This document shows, one piece after another, positions 1-14,200 of a stretch of 64,000 nt of DNA. Position numbers and translations under genes: made by a program. The stretch's first letter is position 1. Each line of letters begins with the position of its first letter. This DNA is from Anthoceros angustus (taxonomy: Eukaryota; Plantae; Anthocerotophyta): NCBI GenBank assembly GCA_010909165.1, contig MU008159.1, forward strand, positions 2,108,001 through 2,172,000, read 5' to 3'. The notes under the pieces were generated by a model, which searched no databases, had not been told where the DNA came from, and saw only the letters and a program-made list of their open reading frames with translations.

Positions 1-2950
1 GAAAAAATAAAATGCTAAATTGGATCATGCCACCGGAGCAACTGAGTTTGAAGATACCGCCCCTACATACATTTGCCTTGTTTGAATCGTGCTTTTCAGG
101 GCCTCGCCTTTTTAGGCATCTCCCGAGAAGCCCGCATGACGACGTTCGCCTTGCCTACTGGCTTCCTTTGGACCGCCTTGCGCTAGACCTTGGAGACGAG
201 GTGACTTGTACTCTGTTCCTTTTTCTCCCCCAGCGGTGTCTTCATCGCTCCAGGGGTGGTTCTTCTGGCCATAGGGAGGTGACGTCTCATCTCCGTCTGC
301 TCGGGGCTGGAAGCTTTGTAGAGGAGGCGCGGTGAGATCGGGCCAAGGCGCCAAAGTGGATCAGTTTATCAGACCCCACGGTGGCTCAAGAGGTGTCTCT
401 TGCTAGGCCGTGCAGGGGAATACGCCAGGGTTGCCTGGGCACTTCGCCCGGAGCCGGTGGCGCTAGTTTCCGAAAACACCAATTCTGCACTCTGTGCCCT
501 TCACCCGGCCCCAAATGACCTCATTCCACATGATATCCTGATTTATGTGTTGGAGGAGCCTTATTGTCTCGACAAGGCGGTCTTCGGTAGGGCTCTTACC
601 GCTGCCCTACGGCTTTCTTCGGGTGGTATGTTTAGGACAGTCTACGATTAGCTTCGGGATTACTTTGCTCCCAACGATCCTTCTAGCGGTTTCTCGGAGC
701 TCTTCGTTCTGGCAGCGGCAATGCCCAGGGATGAGACTCCCCACCAGATCTCTCGGGTGTTAGGGGCCAACAAGTTATTGGTTGTGGAGAAGCCCACGCC
801 TAGGGTACACCCTATCATCATTGGGGAGGCATTCTTACGCCTTATGGGTCACAGCATTGCTATCCAACTTCGGGAGTAGTTCTAGGCGCATCTTTGCCCC
901 CACCAATTTGGGATTGCCACTCCGGGGGGTTGTGAGTTGGCTGCGTTCGGTATTGCGGCGGTTCTGGAGTCACATCAAGATTGGGTCGCTCTGCAGGTGG
1001 ACATCGAGAACGCTTTCATCACGGTCTTTAGGACGGCAATCTTTATAGAATTCAAGGATGCTGGCGGGCACCTAGTAAGTCTTTCCCATTACGCACTTCA
1101 AGGCCTTGACCCTTACTATCGATGCAATCGAGGAGTGTCTCTTTCCGTTTGTGGCAGACAACACTCATATCTTAAGACCCAGGGGTTAGGTTAGAAAAGC
1201 TTCCACACTCTTCTCCTCAGAGCTCTCCCGCCTGGGTTTGAGGGTCAAGATTCTGAAGTGCAAGGTGTGGTCCCCGTCTGGCATTACTCCTTCTCTCAAT
1301 TCTTTGAGGGGGACATTGTTCCTTCTCAAGGGCTTCGCGTCTTGGGGGTCCCCGTGGGACTTCCGGCCTACATTCAAGGTTTTGTAGAGGAGGCTTTGAA
1401 GGAAGACTTGGCCCACGTCGGTGACCTATCTCTACTAGGGGACCCTCACGTGGCATTTGCCATCCTTTCGTCCTGCTTTGCGCATTGGCCGGGCTATCTC
1501 ACCACGACGGTGGCTCCCTCCTCATCTTTTCTATTAATCCTGCGGAATTTTGATCTACAAATTATGTAGGCACTTGGAGACATTATCGGGGTGGGGACTT
1601 GAAAGTGCTGCAGGGGCCTTTTCCCGGTGGCAGGTGTCTCTTCCTATCGCTTTTGGGGGCACAAGTCCGTTGGCCATGGAGGCCTTAGAGCCGGCGGCCT
1701 TTCTTGGGAGCTGGGCCCTCTCTGCCCCTGTCTTCACCGCTCGGTTCATAATCCGGGATGTTCCCATCTTGGAAGCCTTTGTCTCAGGCGTTGAGGAGGG
1801 GCCTTTCCTTTTGCAGGCTTCCCTTAAATTGGCCTGGGACTCCCTTTCCTCTGAGGCTAGGGTGGTCATGCATCCCTTTTCCTCATTTTCCGAGGAAGGG
1901 CTACGTGGCTTTTAGTCCTCTCTCCAGGAGAAGCAGTACGGGCAAGCGCAGCGGGCTATTCTTCTGGACTCTACTATTCCTCGGCCCGTTCATGCCCGTA
2001 TTCGCTCTTGCTCAGGGAAGGGAGCAGGCTCCTGGCTTCTGCTCGGCCTTGCATCTAGGCGTTCCAAATCACTCCAGCTTTTTTTTCTACTGCGATGAGG
2101 TTCCGCCTGGGTTAGGTCCAACCTCTGGCAATTTCTCACTCAGGGTCCCACCTGGCTCGCTGTCCAATTGGAGGGCAAAGTATCGCTACACATGATGCCG
2201 TTCGTGACGTCATGTTCTCAATGGCCAAGGAGAGTGTATATTTTTTATATAGGGAGCGTCCATATACCCTGCGCAATGGGGTGTTCCTGAGGACAAACCT
2301 ATTTCTAATCCAAGGGAGCATATCTCTATTGCAAATGTCGTCGTAACAAACCCTACCTGGAACTCCATTTGCGAGCATGTCATTATCAACCCTCCGTGCT
2401 GGGCGGTAAACTGCCAAGGTACACAAATACACTACACACCTTTGCAGGACGGCCACACTTTCATCCCCTCGCCATTGAGACTCATGGGGCTATAGGCAAG
2501 GATTTTTCCTGGCTCATTAGGGATTGTGCTAAAGCCTACCATAGTCCTCAGAACTGGGTGGGTCTCTCTCTTTCCTCGATGGTGGCTTTCTTTCAATAGC
2601 GGGTATCCATCGTCCTGCAGAGGGCACTGGCCAATGCTACTTACAAGACATCCATCGTCCTGCAGAGGGCACTGGCCAATGCTACTTACAAGACATCCAT
2701 CGTCCTGCGAGGGCACGCCAATGCTACTACAAGACATCCATCGCCCCTGCAGAGGGCCAATGCTGCCACAAGACATCCATCGTCTGCAGAGGCAGCCAAT
2801 GCTACTTACAAGACATCCATCGTCTGCAGAGGGCACTGGCCAATGCTACTTACAAGACATCCATCGTCCTGCAGAGGGCACTGGCCAATGCTACTTACAA
2901 GACATCCATCGTCCTGCAGAGGGCACTGGCCAATGCTACTTACAAGACGG
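1..2950 (+). mobile_element. Degenerate CRE-like non-LTR retrotransposon (RT + zinc knuckle + restriction-like endonuclease), with frameshifts, stops and an internal deletion
   Basis: Motifs occur in the expected order across frames: LCALHP, VEKPTPRVHPIIIGEAFLRL (~790-840), HQFGIATPGGCE (~900-935), VDIENAF (~997), GLRVKILKCKVW, GLRVLGVPVG, LPIAFGG..EPAAFLGSW, GSHLARCPIGG..THDAVRD (~2145-2210), and RLE-type FHPLAIETHGAIG (~2460) followed by SIVLQRALANA. The QGDP/YLDD core is not seen. Confidence 0.8.
2606..2948 (+). repeat. 45-bp tandem repeat, 8 copies (TCCATCGTCCTGCAGAGGGCACTGGCCAATGCTACTTACAAGACA)
   Basis: Read directly. Copies 1-2 and 7 match the consensus and copy 8 matches except at its end. 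Copies 3-6 carry small deletions. Confidence 0.95.
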
Positions 2951-4990
2951 CAACATGACGTCATCGGCACCAGTTGTAGGTAGGCCTTTCCTTGTCTCGA
3001 ACCATGACATAATTGGGGCGGTAGGTACCTACGGAGTTGGCATTCATGGGCTAGCCCCATGGCTCTTGGCCTTTTACTCCATTGTCCCCCCTCGGTTCGG
3101 GGTAGATGGATTCTTTTTAATTAAGTCTCCATTGAATCATATTTATGAGGGTGAGAAAGAGCTAGAACTCCATGCCTCCTGAATACTACTAAAACAAGCA
3201 CTGAGGCTGCTCCGTCTCCTCTCAATTGTTCTTCCAGCGTCCTCTTCCATAAAACAATCCTCCACAAACCGGTGTACTTCCCAGCCCTCCATCAAGCTTT
3301 ACGACAGCTAATCCTTTTTATACCGAGGAGCTTCTCATCAATAATGTCAAAGCTAGAACTTTGTGACATCCGACAATGGTTTGCACGTCGGCTATGGCCA
3401 CAATCCAGCCATTGACACCTAGTGTCTTCGTAGCAGTGATGTCGAGGTACTCTATTAGGATATTCTCTTAGGATGGCCTACCTCCCGACAGAGAGTGTGG
3501 AGATAAATATCGGCGTGGGGTGTGCCGAATCCAGGTACGTCAAGGGCTCTGAAGGCATCCTGTTGCCCTCGGGTCTTGGGATGCGCAGCAGGCTGAAAGG
3601 ATCCAGCCCAAAGCTCTTGCTGAGGCGATTTACGTCTGGGACCTCCAGGTCAGTCCAACTTGCCTCGTAGGCTACTCCCAGCAGAATGGAACCACCAACC
3701 AGCCTTGCAGAGCGCTCTGGAAAGGTCCAGGTCTCCCCCATGGTTTTACGCGCCCAGCTTTCCAGGATGGCAGAAACGAGGACCACGACGGTGCTAAAAG
3801 GGTGACCAGGCAGGTGAAGTATAACACGCTGCACTGCAACCGAGGCCTCCCTCTTTCCTATGGCTGAAGGGAGCACATACGAAACTGCGGCAGGGAAGCG
3901 CACCAACGGTCAATTGCAGCGCAGTCTTGCGCCGCCAGTTTAGCCTGAGGTTTACACACAGCTCTTTGGCGGCATTCAGCTCGTCCTTGAGCACTGGAAG
4001 GTGGAAACGCTAGTGGCAAGGCCAAGTTCCAAGGCTTCTTGAGGTGGTGAAGGGCTGTTCGATCCAAAGAATGTTGGGTATGTACATACGCACTTTGAGG
4101 CTGCTGAAGTTTCGTGTGCGATATTGCATCTGCTAGTGAATTCACAATCTGAGTGCGGTTGCCCACTGTCGGATGCCATGGCAGATGTTGCAAGTCGAGT
4201 CACAAATCAGCTCCACCACCGCCAGATGCCACATCAGCAGCCAAGTAATGCGCCGTGATGTATCCCTGTGATCCCTCCGACACACACAGTCCTTTCACGG
4301 GATCTCCCGCTCATCCGTCAAGTGTACAATACATCTTAGTCATCCTCCTCATGCGGTATTGCGTGGCCTTGCGGAAGCCGTTCCCAGTTTTACTCGTTGT
4401 TGGCTTGTCGCCACTCATTGTTAGTGGCACGCAACTTGCATCTTGCTGGTAGTTGTGTGCCCCTTTTTGGAATTGGCGGAGGCGTGTACGCCTGTAGCTC
4501 GATTTGAAGCACTGTGCAGAGGGGTCTCATACACATGACCAGGGAGAGGGAGTTTCATATGGGTTTCCACCCCACGATTCCCAGCAGTTCCTCTGCTGCT
4601 GTCTGCAAAAATTGCTTGGTGGACAGCAGAGAGTGATGAAAGGCTGGTCCCTGTCATCTACCACTCATTGACCTCACTGGAAATATAACAGAAGAGGAAA
4701 TGGATCAAATGAAGACACAGTCTTGGTCTTGGTCTCGGCCTCGTCCCTTACCACTTTGTCCTCCCCTTGGAACGTTGACAATCCCTTCAGCGTGAATCAA
4801 AATGTGACGAATGTTCAGTGGGATAGCTGTATTTCGATGTAAAATTACTCAGCCAATTACATGGTCCAAAAATCTGGAATATGAGAAGTTTCCAGAAAAG
4901 CTTGATCATGCTTGTGGGAAAAGGCCAACGCTGGACCTTGTGAAGATGCCTATCCAGTGGGGAGATCCATTTGGAATTTCCAGAGCTTCA

Positions 4991-7299
4991 CTAAGCTGAT
5001 ACCTCATCCTGATCCAGCAGATCAATAATTCTTGCAAGGACCCGGAAACCTTGCTGGAAATCCGACAACAAGCAGTACTCATTTTTCGCATGATAAGTGG
5101 CCATCACACCTGATCAGAGCAAGAATGGCTTCTTTAGTGTTATGGCCACCAAGCAGGGATGACTTGTCCAGTGTACAAGACGAAGGGGTTGAGGAGAATT
5201 GCACGAGGCAATAATTACTTACCATAACCAGCAGTTTGCACATCAAATCCTTCATCCTGGCAAGATACAGGCACTCCGTCAGCATACTGCAACCTCCTTT
5301 CACAGTTTTGTTGATAGGAAAACTGAAACAGGACACCTACCTGCAAATCTTTGATTAAAGGTAAGGACCCTGTTATTGAGTATGGTTTCACTACTCCAAT
5401 AACTTCTTCCGTGGCCTTGCATAAAGCATGGAAGCCCTTTGAGTCCAGCTTGCATGCTACTCCTCTCATCATCTCCTCCTCACAATCCCAAGCGATCCTG
5501 CAAGGACATGGAGTGGAGCTTCAGGAGTGTAACTTTTTACAGATCCCTTGCAAGCCAAGTCATCTACATCTAACTCGAACCTGGATATTCACCCACCTGC
5601 CTTTAAGTCCCTCCTCTGGAAGCTCGTACTTTGATACAGGACCACGAGTCGCCAACTTCTCTAGATTTGCATTGATGTCATCTACGTATGTTTTGATCTT
5701 CTTTGCAACAGCTGCAACACTGCAAAAGTTCTACCGTCATTTCATCTTTCTGTCTGTATTGACTGAAGTCCCAGCAGTTGTCATAATATCCTGTTCATCT
5801 CAGCTGTGTCCCTTCAGCGAGGTCAAATTAACGGGAAAGGTAGGAAGCGTGGAACGTCTTACTCATAGAATGGTGTTATCCTGCAGCCATCAAAAGCAAT
5901 CCCTGTCAGAGGAAAGGCTAAGATATGTCTGGCAATGATCTTTCGGGGGCATGATTTGCAAGCAAAGGCGACCAACCTGCAATCTCCAGAAATGGTGCAT
6001 TCTGCGGGAATCTGATTAATGCCGCCTCCTGGATCTGGACATGTACAAGCATTCACAAGTCAATGGCCTCGTATCAGACCACCGATTGTTACAGTGTGCT
6101 ACAGGACTTTGCTCCACTTACAAGTCCATTGTGTTGGCTTCATTGTTGATGGCGTTGCAAAACCATATCGAACCTCTTCAGGGTGAGGGGGGAAGTCAGT
6201 GTAGAAACGTGTTTGGATCTCTTTCAAAGCTTCCATGGCCAGCTCTAAGGGATTGATTGCCTGAAAACAAATAAATCTGCCCTTCAAATACGGTTCTGTG
6301 CGTTTGTGCCACAAAGTTACCAAGAGCCTCCTGATGTAAAAAGTCCAGCTTAACACCCTAGGCTCCGAAGTAAGCATTGGGGGACCTTATGGGCGAGACC
6401 GCTGTGGAAAAGCTTTCCTGTAGCCCGCAGCTTCCAAGCAATCATCGAGCCGGTACCTATGCATGGTTGCTTGTCGGCAGTGTCAATCCACATCCTGCCA
6501 AAGCCATAATAGCATGTCCCATGATGAATGTGCATTCAACGACAGTGACACATGAAACATATTACCTTGCAGTACAGTAGCCCCAGAACTCACAATGGGC
6601 CAGACTTCAGTTTGTCCAGAAGTCCGTCCTTAACAAGTGCGTCCACTCCAACACCTGCAATTGAAGAATTCTCTTCATTGGCAATGAATACTGCCACGAC
6701 TGAAGTCCTCAGCTTGGGTTTCTCTTGCCCCAGCTGCCGCATGAGCTCTGTCACCAAAGCCACATGCCCCAAGCAATCTGTTGTCCCACGACCACAAAGC
6801 TTATCGCCATCAATTTTCAAGGAAAATGGATCGAACTCCTGGAAAAAGTCGTGGCACTCATCAAAACTGACATCAGTGTAACAAGGGAGCAAGTTACCGT
6901 CATCAGAACCAGGAAACGTGGAGGCGACTGAAGCTACGAGACACTAAGCAAAGAAAGGCTTTGAACTGAGCTACAAATCACTCTCACCCAGTCCTCAGGA
7001 TTGGCAGTAACGACGTCCATGTGACAGCCCACGAATGACACAATCTTGCCCTCCTCGCTACCGGGGTATTCCACAATGATATTCCCTCGGCCCTCCACAT
7101 AGCTTACGTGCTTGACGATAAGCGGGCCGCCCTCCTCTACGCTCAGCGGGCTCAGAACCTCCAACACATGTCGGGCTGCACGATCTTCCTTGGGCACCAA
7201 CTCCGGGGGATTGTTCTGCAGATACTTGGCTTCTCCAATGAGCTTACCTAGTAGTGACACAAAGCGCTCCGACACCAGCTCCAGGTCCTTCACTGCCAT
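4991..7299 (-). CDS. NAOD: Acetylornithine deacetylase (M20 peptidase family), multi-exon
   Basis: Exons read MAVKDLELVSERFVSLLGKLIGEAKYLQNNPP..GCHMDVV, GRGTTDCLGHVA..ANEENS, WIDTADKQPCIGTG..HSGLAHK, AINPLELAMEAL..MKPTQW, PGGGINQIPAEC, PYSITGSLPLI and ATYHAKNEYCL. Splice sites checked were GT-AG. ATG at 7299, stop at 4991-4993. Confidence 0.92.
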
Positions 7300-8270
7300 G
7301 GTTGCGCCCCGCACTCTTCGGAAATGCGCAGTTGGGAATACTCTGAGTTTCCCTTGGCTTTCAGGTTATTTGGTGGCGGGATGGAAAAGGGGAAGTAGGT
7401 GGTCTGCTGATAAAGCCGGAGACCTCCTCAGAATGGTGAAAGCTTCTGCGGGTGCGTGTGTGCTGGAAGACCGGAATCGCATAGAGGGCATGGGTGACAT
7501 ACTCATTCAGTTTTGGGTGAGATTCTGTTTTTGGCAAGGGTTTAAGGAGTCCGCAGACTCTGCACTGTGCAGCATGGCCATTCTCGGTGCTCTGCAAGCA
7601 GTTCGGGGAGGGCTGCTGCTCTGGCATTGCTGCTCGGCAGGTGCATGCCCGAATGGTTGGTCCTACGAACGGATGGAACCTTCCTGCCATATGTACCATG
7701 TAGAAAGCCTGCCTTTCCAGCTTTGCATATGTAGGGCCATCCAAGTAAAGGCCGCTAAAAGTTTTCAATATTCAACAATGGTTTGAATGCCATGTTATGG
7801 CTATACTATAATCATATGAGTTAATATTATTATAAGTTATAATATTAATAGATAGATGACGTATATAGTATATGTCATATGATAGGTAGGTAGTGTGTTT
7901 GCATCCTCAAGTACTTGGTCATAAATTATATTTTATATCAATTTAGATATAATATAATATTTTATAAAATTTGAATATAGATCACTTCTCAACAATTTGG
8001 TACAATTTAGGTTTACCCCATCAATAGAGGTTATCATGGTGTAGATACTTACTTGCAAGTTGCAATCATATGGATGCATAGCACAGTAAAAACTTGCAAC
8101 CATCATGAATGTAGCAGAGTAAAGAATATAGACATTCGGACATGCTAAACTTAGTCTTTCACTTGTAAAATATATGGATATTTAAACAAGCTAAACTTGG
8201 TCTATTACTTATAAAGCATATCATTTATATCATCCCACTCCTATGAAAAAGAAATAAATTTAAGTTGTTG

Positions 8271-11200
8271 CTAGTCCTCATTCTGGCCTTCCTCTGCATC
8301 AAGCTTTTGAGGCAATTTGACAAGCTCGTATTCAAGCTGTTGAGGCATTAGAGATTTTCTCCAACCAGTTGCACCCGGTTGGGTAACCAAAATGGATCTT
8401 CTAGTAGGTGTTGGATTTGATAACTTTCTAGGCATTGATTGATTAAAGGAGGCCCTCGCGCTAGAACTGCCTGAACCACCAAGTGCATTCGTAGAGCTTC
8501 CATTGTTGAATGAACTACGCACACCATTAAAACCTTCTTGCATCATTGTGACAGATGGTTTTGAAAGATTAGACAATATTTCTCCTGCCTTTTCCGAACC
8601 TTCTTGGATAACTTGAATAGATTTTCTCGCTATTCTTGATACGGTTGTCATTGGTGATGGATTTACACCTGGATCATACCAAAAATACTGATTAATAAAT
8701 GGGGCATACATAATAAATTAAACTTAAAGAGATATTGAACATACCAAAACTAGCATCCGCTAAGTCCATGTCGTCTCCACTTCGTTGCCATACTTTAAAT
8801 GCTATAGTTGAAATAATCCCAAGCAAGGTTGCAGATCCTAGTGCGGAAGCAATTATGATAATATTTTTTTTGGAATTGATGTCGCTTTCTGGTGATGAGG
8901 AACCACTTCCTGGTGACGGGTTTATAAAGGCAGTTGCTAGTTTTTGGGTAATGTGTAAATCAGCAACCTTTCTACAAGTTCCGTTAACGTTTGAAACCCA
9001 TCCACTGGCACAATAACTACAATCAATGCCTGCATATCCTGCATAAACCGAAGACATAAATTGATATTAATTAATATTTATGAAGATGATATTATTTTGT
9101 GACAATTTATTGTATAGAGAAGGAGCTATACCCAAGAAGCAATCACATTGTCCACTTGCATCAAGACAATGTCCATTTGCAGCACATGCAATCCCTGTTT
9201 TTAGACCTGTGGTTGGTACTGGACATGGGTTTGGTACGTAAGGACAATCTTTTAAACAACAATATTGTTTGTCTGAACTTGCACTATTTCCTTGCTTATC
9301 ACATCTTTCCCCTTTTTCGCACATTCCATTTCCACAAAGGCCAAATCTTTGAATATTTATTACATCCGTAACTTGAATTGCGTCAAACATCTGTACCATG
9401 CTGATAATGATCTTAGGAAAAGAATTCTGTTAATTATTAATAAAAATAAAAAATAATTAAAATAAAAAATTAGAGTTTAAAATTTACATCATTGTCTTCA
9501 GACTCTAACAGAGTTGCTTGTATCAGTGAAGATCTTACGTCATTCTTTTTCACATGCATGTTTCTCAAAAAAGTCTATGAAGACAAAAAAAAAAAGTGAG
9601 TAAATATTAATCCTTAATATCTAAGTTTGATTATATATAATAATTTAATATAGTAAGCTCTTTGACTTCATATAATAGACTCTAGATTCATAGAAAATTG
9701 TCTTTAGAGGACTTTCACAAAATGTTTCTTCTTCCATGACAAGTAAATATTTAGTAGATGGTTCTTGAACATTGAATTATAATACTTTGAACTATCAAAG
9801 TAAAACCTACAATATTGTACCAGTGGAATTGGAAGAATTGTCAACTTAAAAACTCCTATGGACAAGGATGTTCCACCATTCATGCAGTTTTCCACAACTT
9901 CATTGTCAGAAGTACAATCCATGCTCAAACTATTGGAAATTTGCATTGAGTTCAACACCACTGCCGACGTCTGAATTCCTAGTCGAGAGGAAATCTAGCA
10001 ATTCATCAAAGCATAATACATCAAAATAGGGTAAATGAAATAGTATATATTATGTGTGCAGAAAATTAAGATTCACATGTTACATACACTTTGTACAAAA
10101 GATGTCATGAAGTCTTTCCAAATAGAGGATCCGTTTATTTGGAGAGACATTGTGGCATTTATAAATTCCGTAAGAATTGTCAAATTGGTTCCACAACTTG
10201 TACCATCTCCGTTGCAAATATGACATTCATCGAGGACACCACTCTGGCAACAAATTCCCTTTTCATCACGAATAGTAGGACAACATGTGTTTTGTGAATC
10301 CAGAGACCTGTATGCATGTAATAATTTTGTGCTTATATTGTAGCTGTTCATTTTTGAAGTGACCAATGAAGTATTCTATCTTGTATTAAAGGTTTAAAAA
10401 GAAATTCATACTTGGATTTCCCATCGCATACACCACAAGCATCTAGATTCCCACTCTCGCAACAAAATCCATTCTGCACAAGTTCATAAGGTAGATTTCA
10501 CTATGTTTTCTCAAATTATTTACGTATGTATTGGGTCTAAAGGAAGAATATTAAAGAAAATTTATCTAAGAGAATTCATACCCGATCAAGTTTTGAGGCA
10601 TTGTTTGTACAACAATGTTGATATGCATCTATGGTTTTAAACAGACAACAACTGACATTCCCATTTGGAAGATAACCCATTGGTTTCCCCTTACAGACTT
10701 TAGGTCTATCACAATATCGTCCTTCCCACTGCGATAAGCAAGTACATTGCCCTGCCTATATAGTCAAATCCATATATATGTTAAATTCATATAAAAGAGT
10801 AAAATATAATTAAACATTCTTTCCCATAAATGGTAAAAGTTTTTCAAGTTGATGGATATTGGTATAACTATTAGTAGCATAGAATTTTTCCTTACCAGAC
10901 ATTTCCCATTCCCAGAACAATTGTTGTAGTTGCAATTGTCACAATTTGGATCAACTTGTTCACAATTGGTTGATGAGGCTGGTTTTAACAATGGATCACA
11001 AAGTGACTCAACAACAGAATCTCCTTCTCCATCGACACACTAACAATATATTCACACAACAAAATCGTTGTTAATCCGTTAGACTAAATTATTCCAATCA
11101 TTTTTTAAGGGAAGAAAGAAAACAAATGTTTATTTTGTTACCTGAACAACACGGTAAACTGTAGCATTACACTCACTAGGGCATCTTGACCAATGACCGA

Positions 11201-14200
11201 CCAGCCAAGCATATGTTGCACAAGGCTGTAACACAAAAATATTATGGAAGGCTTTCTTCAGGGTCTATTTCTTGCAATTTGGCACTTTGATGTATACATA
11301 GAATTGGGATAAACAAGAGGGAACATGCATACTAAAAAATTAAAAAATATGATAAAACCTTAGACAGTAATATGTGTACCTGGTCATCAAAATGTGTACC
11401 TGGTCATTACATCGTGATTGCACTCTTGGAGGTTCACCACTACATAAGGTATCATCCACGATTGTATCATTTTGCATACAAATACTATCTCGAAATCGAA
11501 ATCCTCCAGCACAAGGCACGTTGCAAAAGTTCCAGTTTGGAACTTTCCAATATGTGCTATTGCATGCTTGTGGATTACAATGTCGAGTCTCAGTATCTAA
11601 AGTGACCTTTGAACACATAGAAATATCTGCTATATTTCCAAAATTGTCGACGCAAACCAATTCCCTGTGAATCCTAAAGTTAGGCTTTTGTTATATAGGA
11701 ATTTTGTGATATCGCTTAACAAAAAATGATTGCAAGTTTGATCCAATCATACAACCTGTTTTGAGTGCCAGAGCCACAAGTCTGGTTACACTCACTCCAA
11801 GGACCTTTAAACATCTTGTAAATTTGGCACGCCACATTATTGCAACTCTATTGAGAAAAAAAAAGGTACTATAAAGTAACTGATATAAAATTTTACAGTA
11901 TCAACACAAGCTTCATGATTATATCTCACTTGATTTAATTGCGGAATACTTAGATAGTCACAGAAACTTGCATTTACCGCCACAAAATCTTTATCGTAAC
12001 ATTGCATAAGTGCATGCTGCTCACAGTGATGTTCCAAAAGAAGGAAGATTAAATAGTTAACAGTCATATAAGATAATTTTTAAAAATGGTATAAAATAAA
12101 ATTACACATACACCTTATTTCCTCCCCCACATGGTTTGTCACATTGACTCCAACCAATAGGGCTCCAAGAATATTCAGATGTTGTATCTTGTACCAATAT
12201 TGGTGGTTGTGATTCCATCTCACAACTACTTGTAAATTTCCAGTTAGTACAAACAACTTCTGGCTCTGCTTGCATGGCAGTATGTATTTTTGAAGTAGAA
12301 TAAGCAGCAAACTTATTTGTTGATTTCCTTTTATCTAGACACAAATTTAGTGTTATCCAATTTTTGTTTTCATGTGATACGATGTATTTAGCACCAAACA
12401 AAAAATCCTTTCTATGAACTTAAAAAAACTATTAAAATTGGGCTACTACTGTATTCCATGAGGTGGTTCAATGGGGTAGTGCCTAAGTTTTGTCGGGTGA
12501 GGTATCAAAGTTTTTCATATAGAGTAAAACATAAGATTTTAAACTATGATGGATAACGGTGATGGATAATAGCTTACCATTTGGTCCTTTGACATAAATA
12601 TTGAATGCACCTTGATCTCCTCCGAAACCATCAACCATCTAATATTAAAGCAATAAAACCAAAATAAATATGAAGACATTTATGTGTGCGATGTGTCATT
12701 AATTATATCACAGCAGATGTACTTAAGCAATTTCATTTTTCATAATGGTTTATAATATAAGTTTTAAAACAAAAATATTCAACAGTTAAATATAGATAGA
12801 GCAAACAAATCTATGACACCAAAGTTCATCAATGTCTATCTAAGAACTCACAATTATATACACATGACCCTTCACAAATGAAATTTGTGGAATCATCGAT
12901 TGGGCATTACAAGCATCGTCGTTGCAAGCTAACTGATGCACAGTTTGAGTTGTTTTTTCATAAACTGATAATAATGTATCAAACTCTGTATCTCCACACA
13001 ACGAAATATTTACTACCTGTAAAGCAAGTTGATTGATTGATTCACAAAACTGTCCATAAGAGAACTAAAACTTTTCAGCCATTAGATAGGCACATTCAAA
13101 TTTCAAATTTGCATACTTCGACTAGATAAAATGCTCAAGTTAGATGGACTTGAGGCTATCTTCTATCATGGGTAGATTTGATACCTTAGGTGGAACAATA
13201 GTAATGAAAAATAGTTATATGTATCGAATGCTCAATCTAAGAAAATAATAACATAAGTGACATGATTCAAACTTAAACTAATGAATATGTACCATTGTTT
13301 CATCTGCAGTGAATTGAAATACAGTATCCGGTCCAGAACTATGACAAGAGTCAAAATCAGAATCATATATGTTGTTATAGTTTGATGTGTCGTCCACGTA
13401 GTAAAAGGGAAGACTTGGAATTATTTTTGGTTGTGCAATTGATTGACCGCAAGGATTATTAGGTGTCTGTCTACACACCGCTATCCATTGAAGAAAATAT
13501 AAAATCTTAGAAAGAGCATGTTATATAGTAGCATACATTTTTGCAGGTGAAAATTAAAACCTGTATCTATAGAAGTAAGAAAGCCTTCAGGAGTCACTAC
13601 GAACCGTCCATCAGTACTAGTAAATGCCCATCTAATCATTGCAGAATGATCTAAAAAATCTGTACCCACATGATAAAAGTTTATTATGTCAAATCAACCT
13701 TTTTGTGCTAGTGTTAGTATGTCAAATTGACCTGGTGTGGAAGTTCCCCTTCTGAACGTCTTATGATGTACATATAAAAACTAGACCAAGATTATGTTTC
13801 TATCTTTTTATAAAATTAATATAACACTGTAAGACAAGATATGTAATACTATCTAGTTCATGTACCAAAAATGATGCACCTGGAATAACGTAAAGAACCA
13901 AAGTAATAGTTTGTGTATCACTCCATCTTGCACTGGTCCCAAATGTTAATTGAGCTGGCTGAAACCGTCCTATGTGGCAAAACAATCAACTTAATTAGGA
14001 TTTCACTTCAATTGTATAATGTGCCTCCAAATCAAGTCAATCCATTTTTTCCCTTGCAACGAGGAAATATGAGTAATAATCCATGATTCTTTTAGTTTTC
14101 CTGTACAAATATTTAAATGCAAACAATAACTTAATCACATAAGTAAGTAACTTTCATATGATTTTTTTTAAAGGGATAGTACCTAGGGTATGATCACTTA

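Noticed and set aside
3200-4200. Minus-strand ORFs (142 aa etc.) with a KLDGGLG motif, a possible second retroelement fragment
   Set aside because: Only one short motif, with no ordered RT, RNase H or integrase signature.
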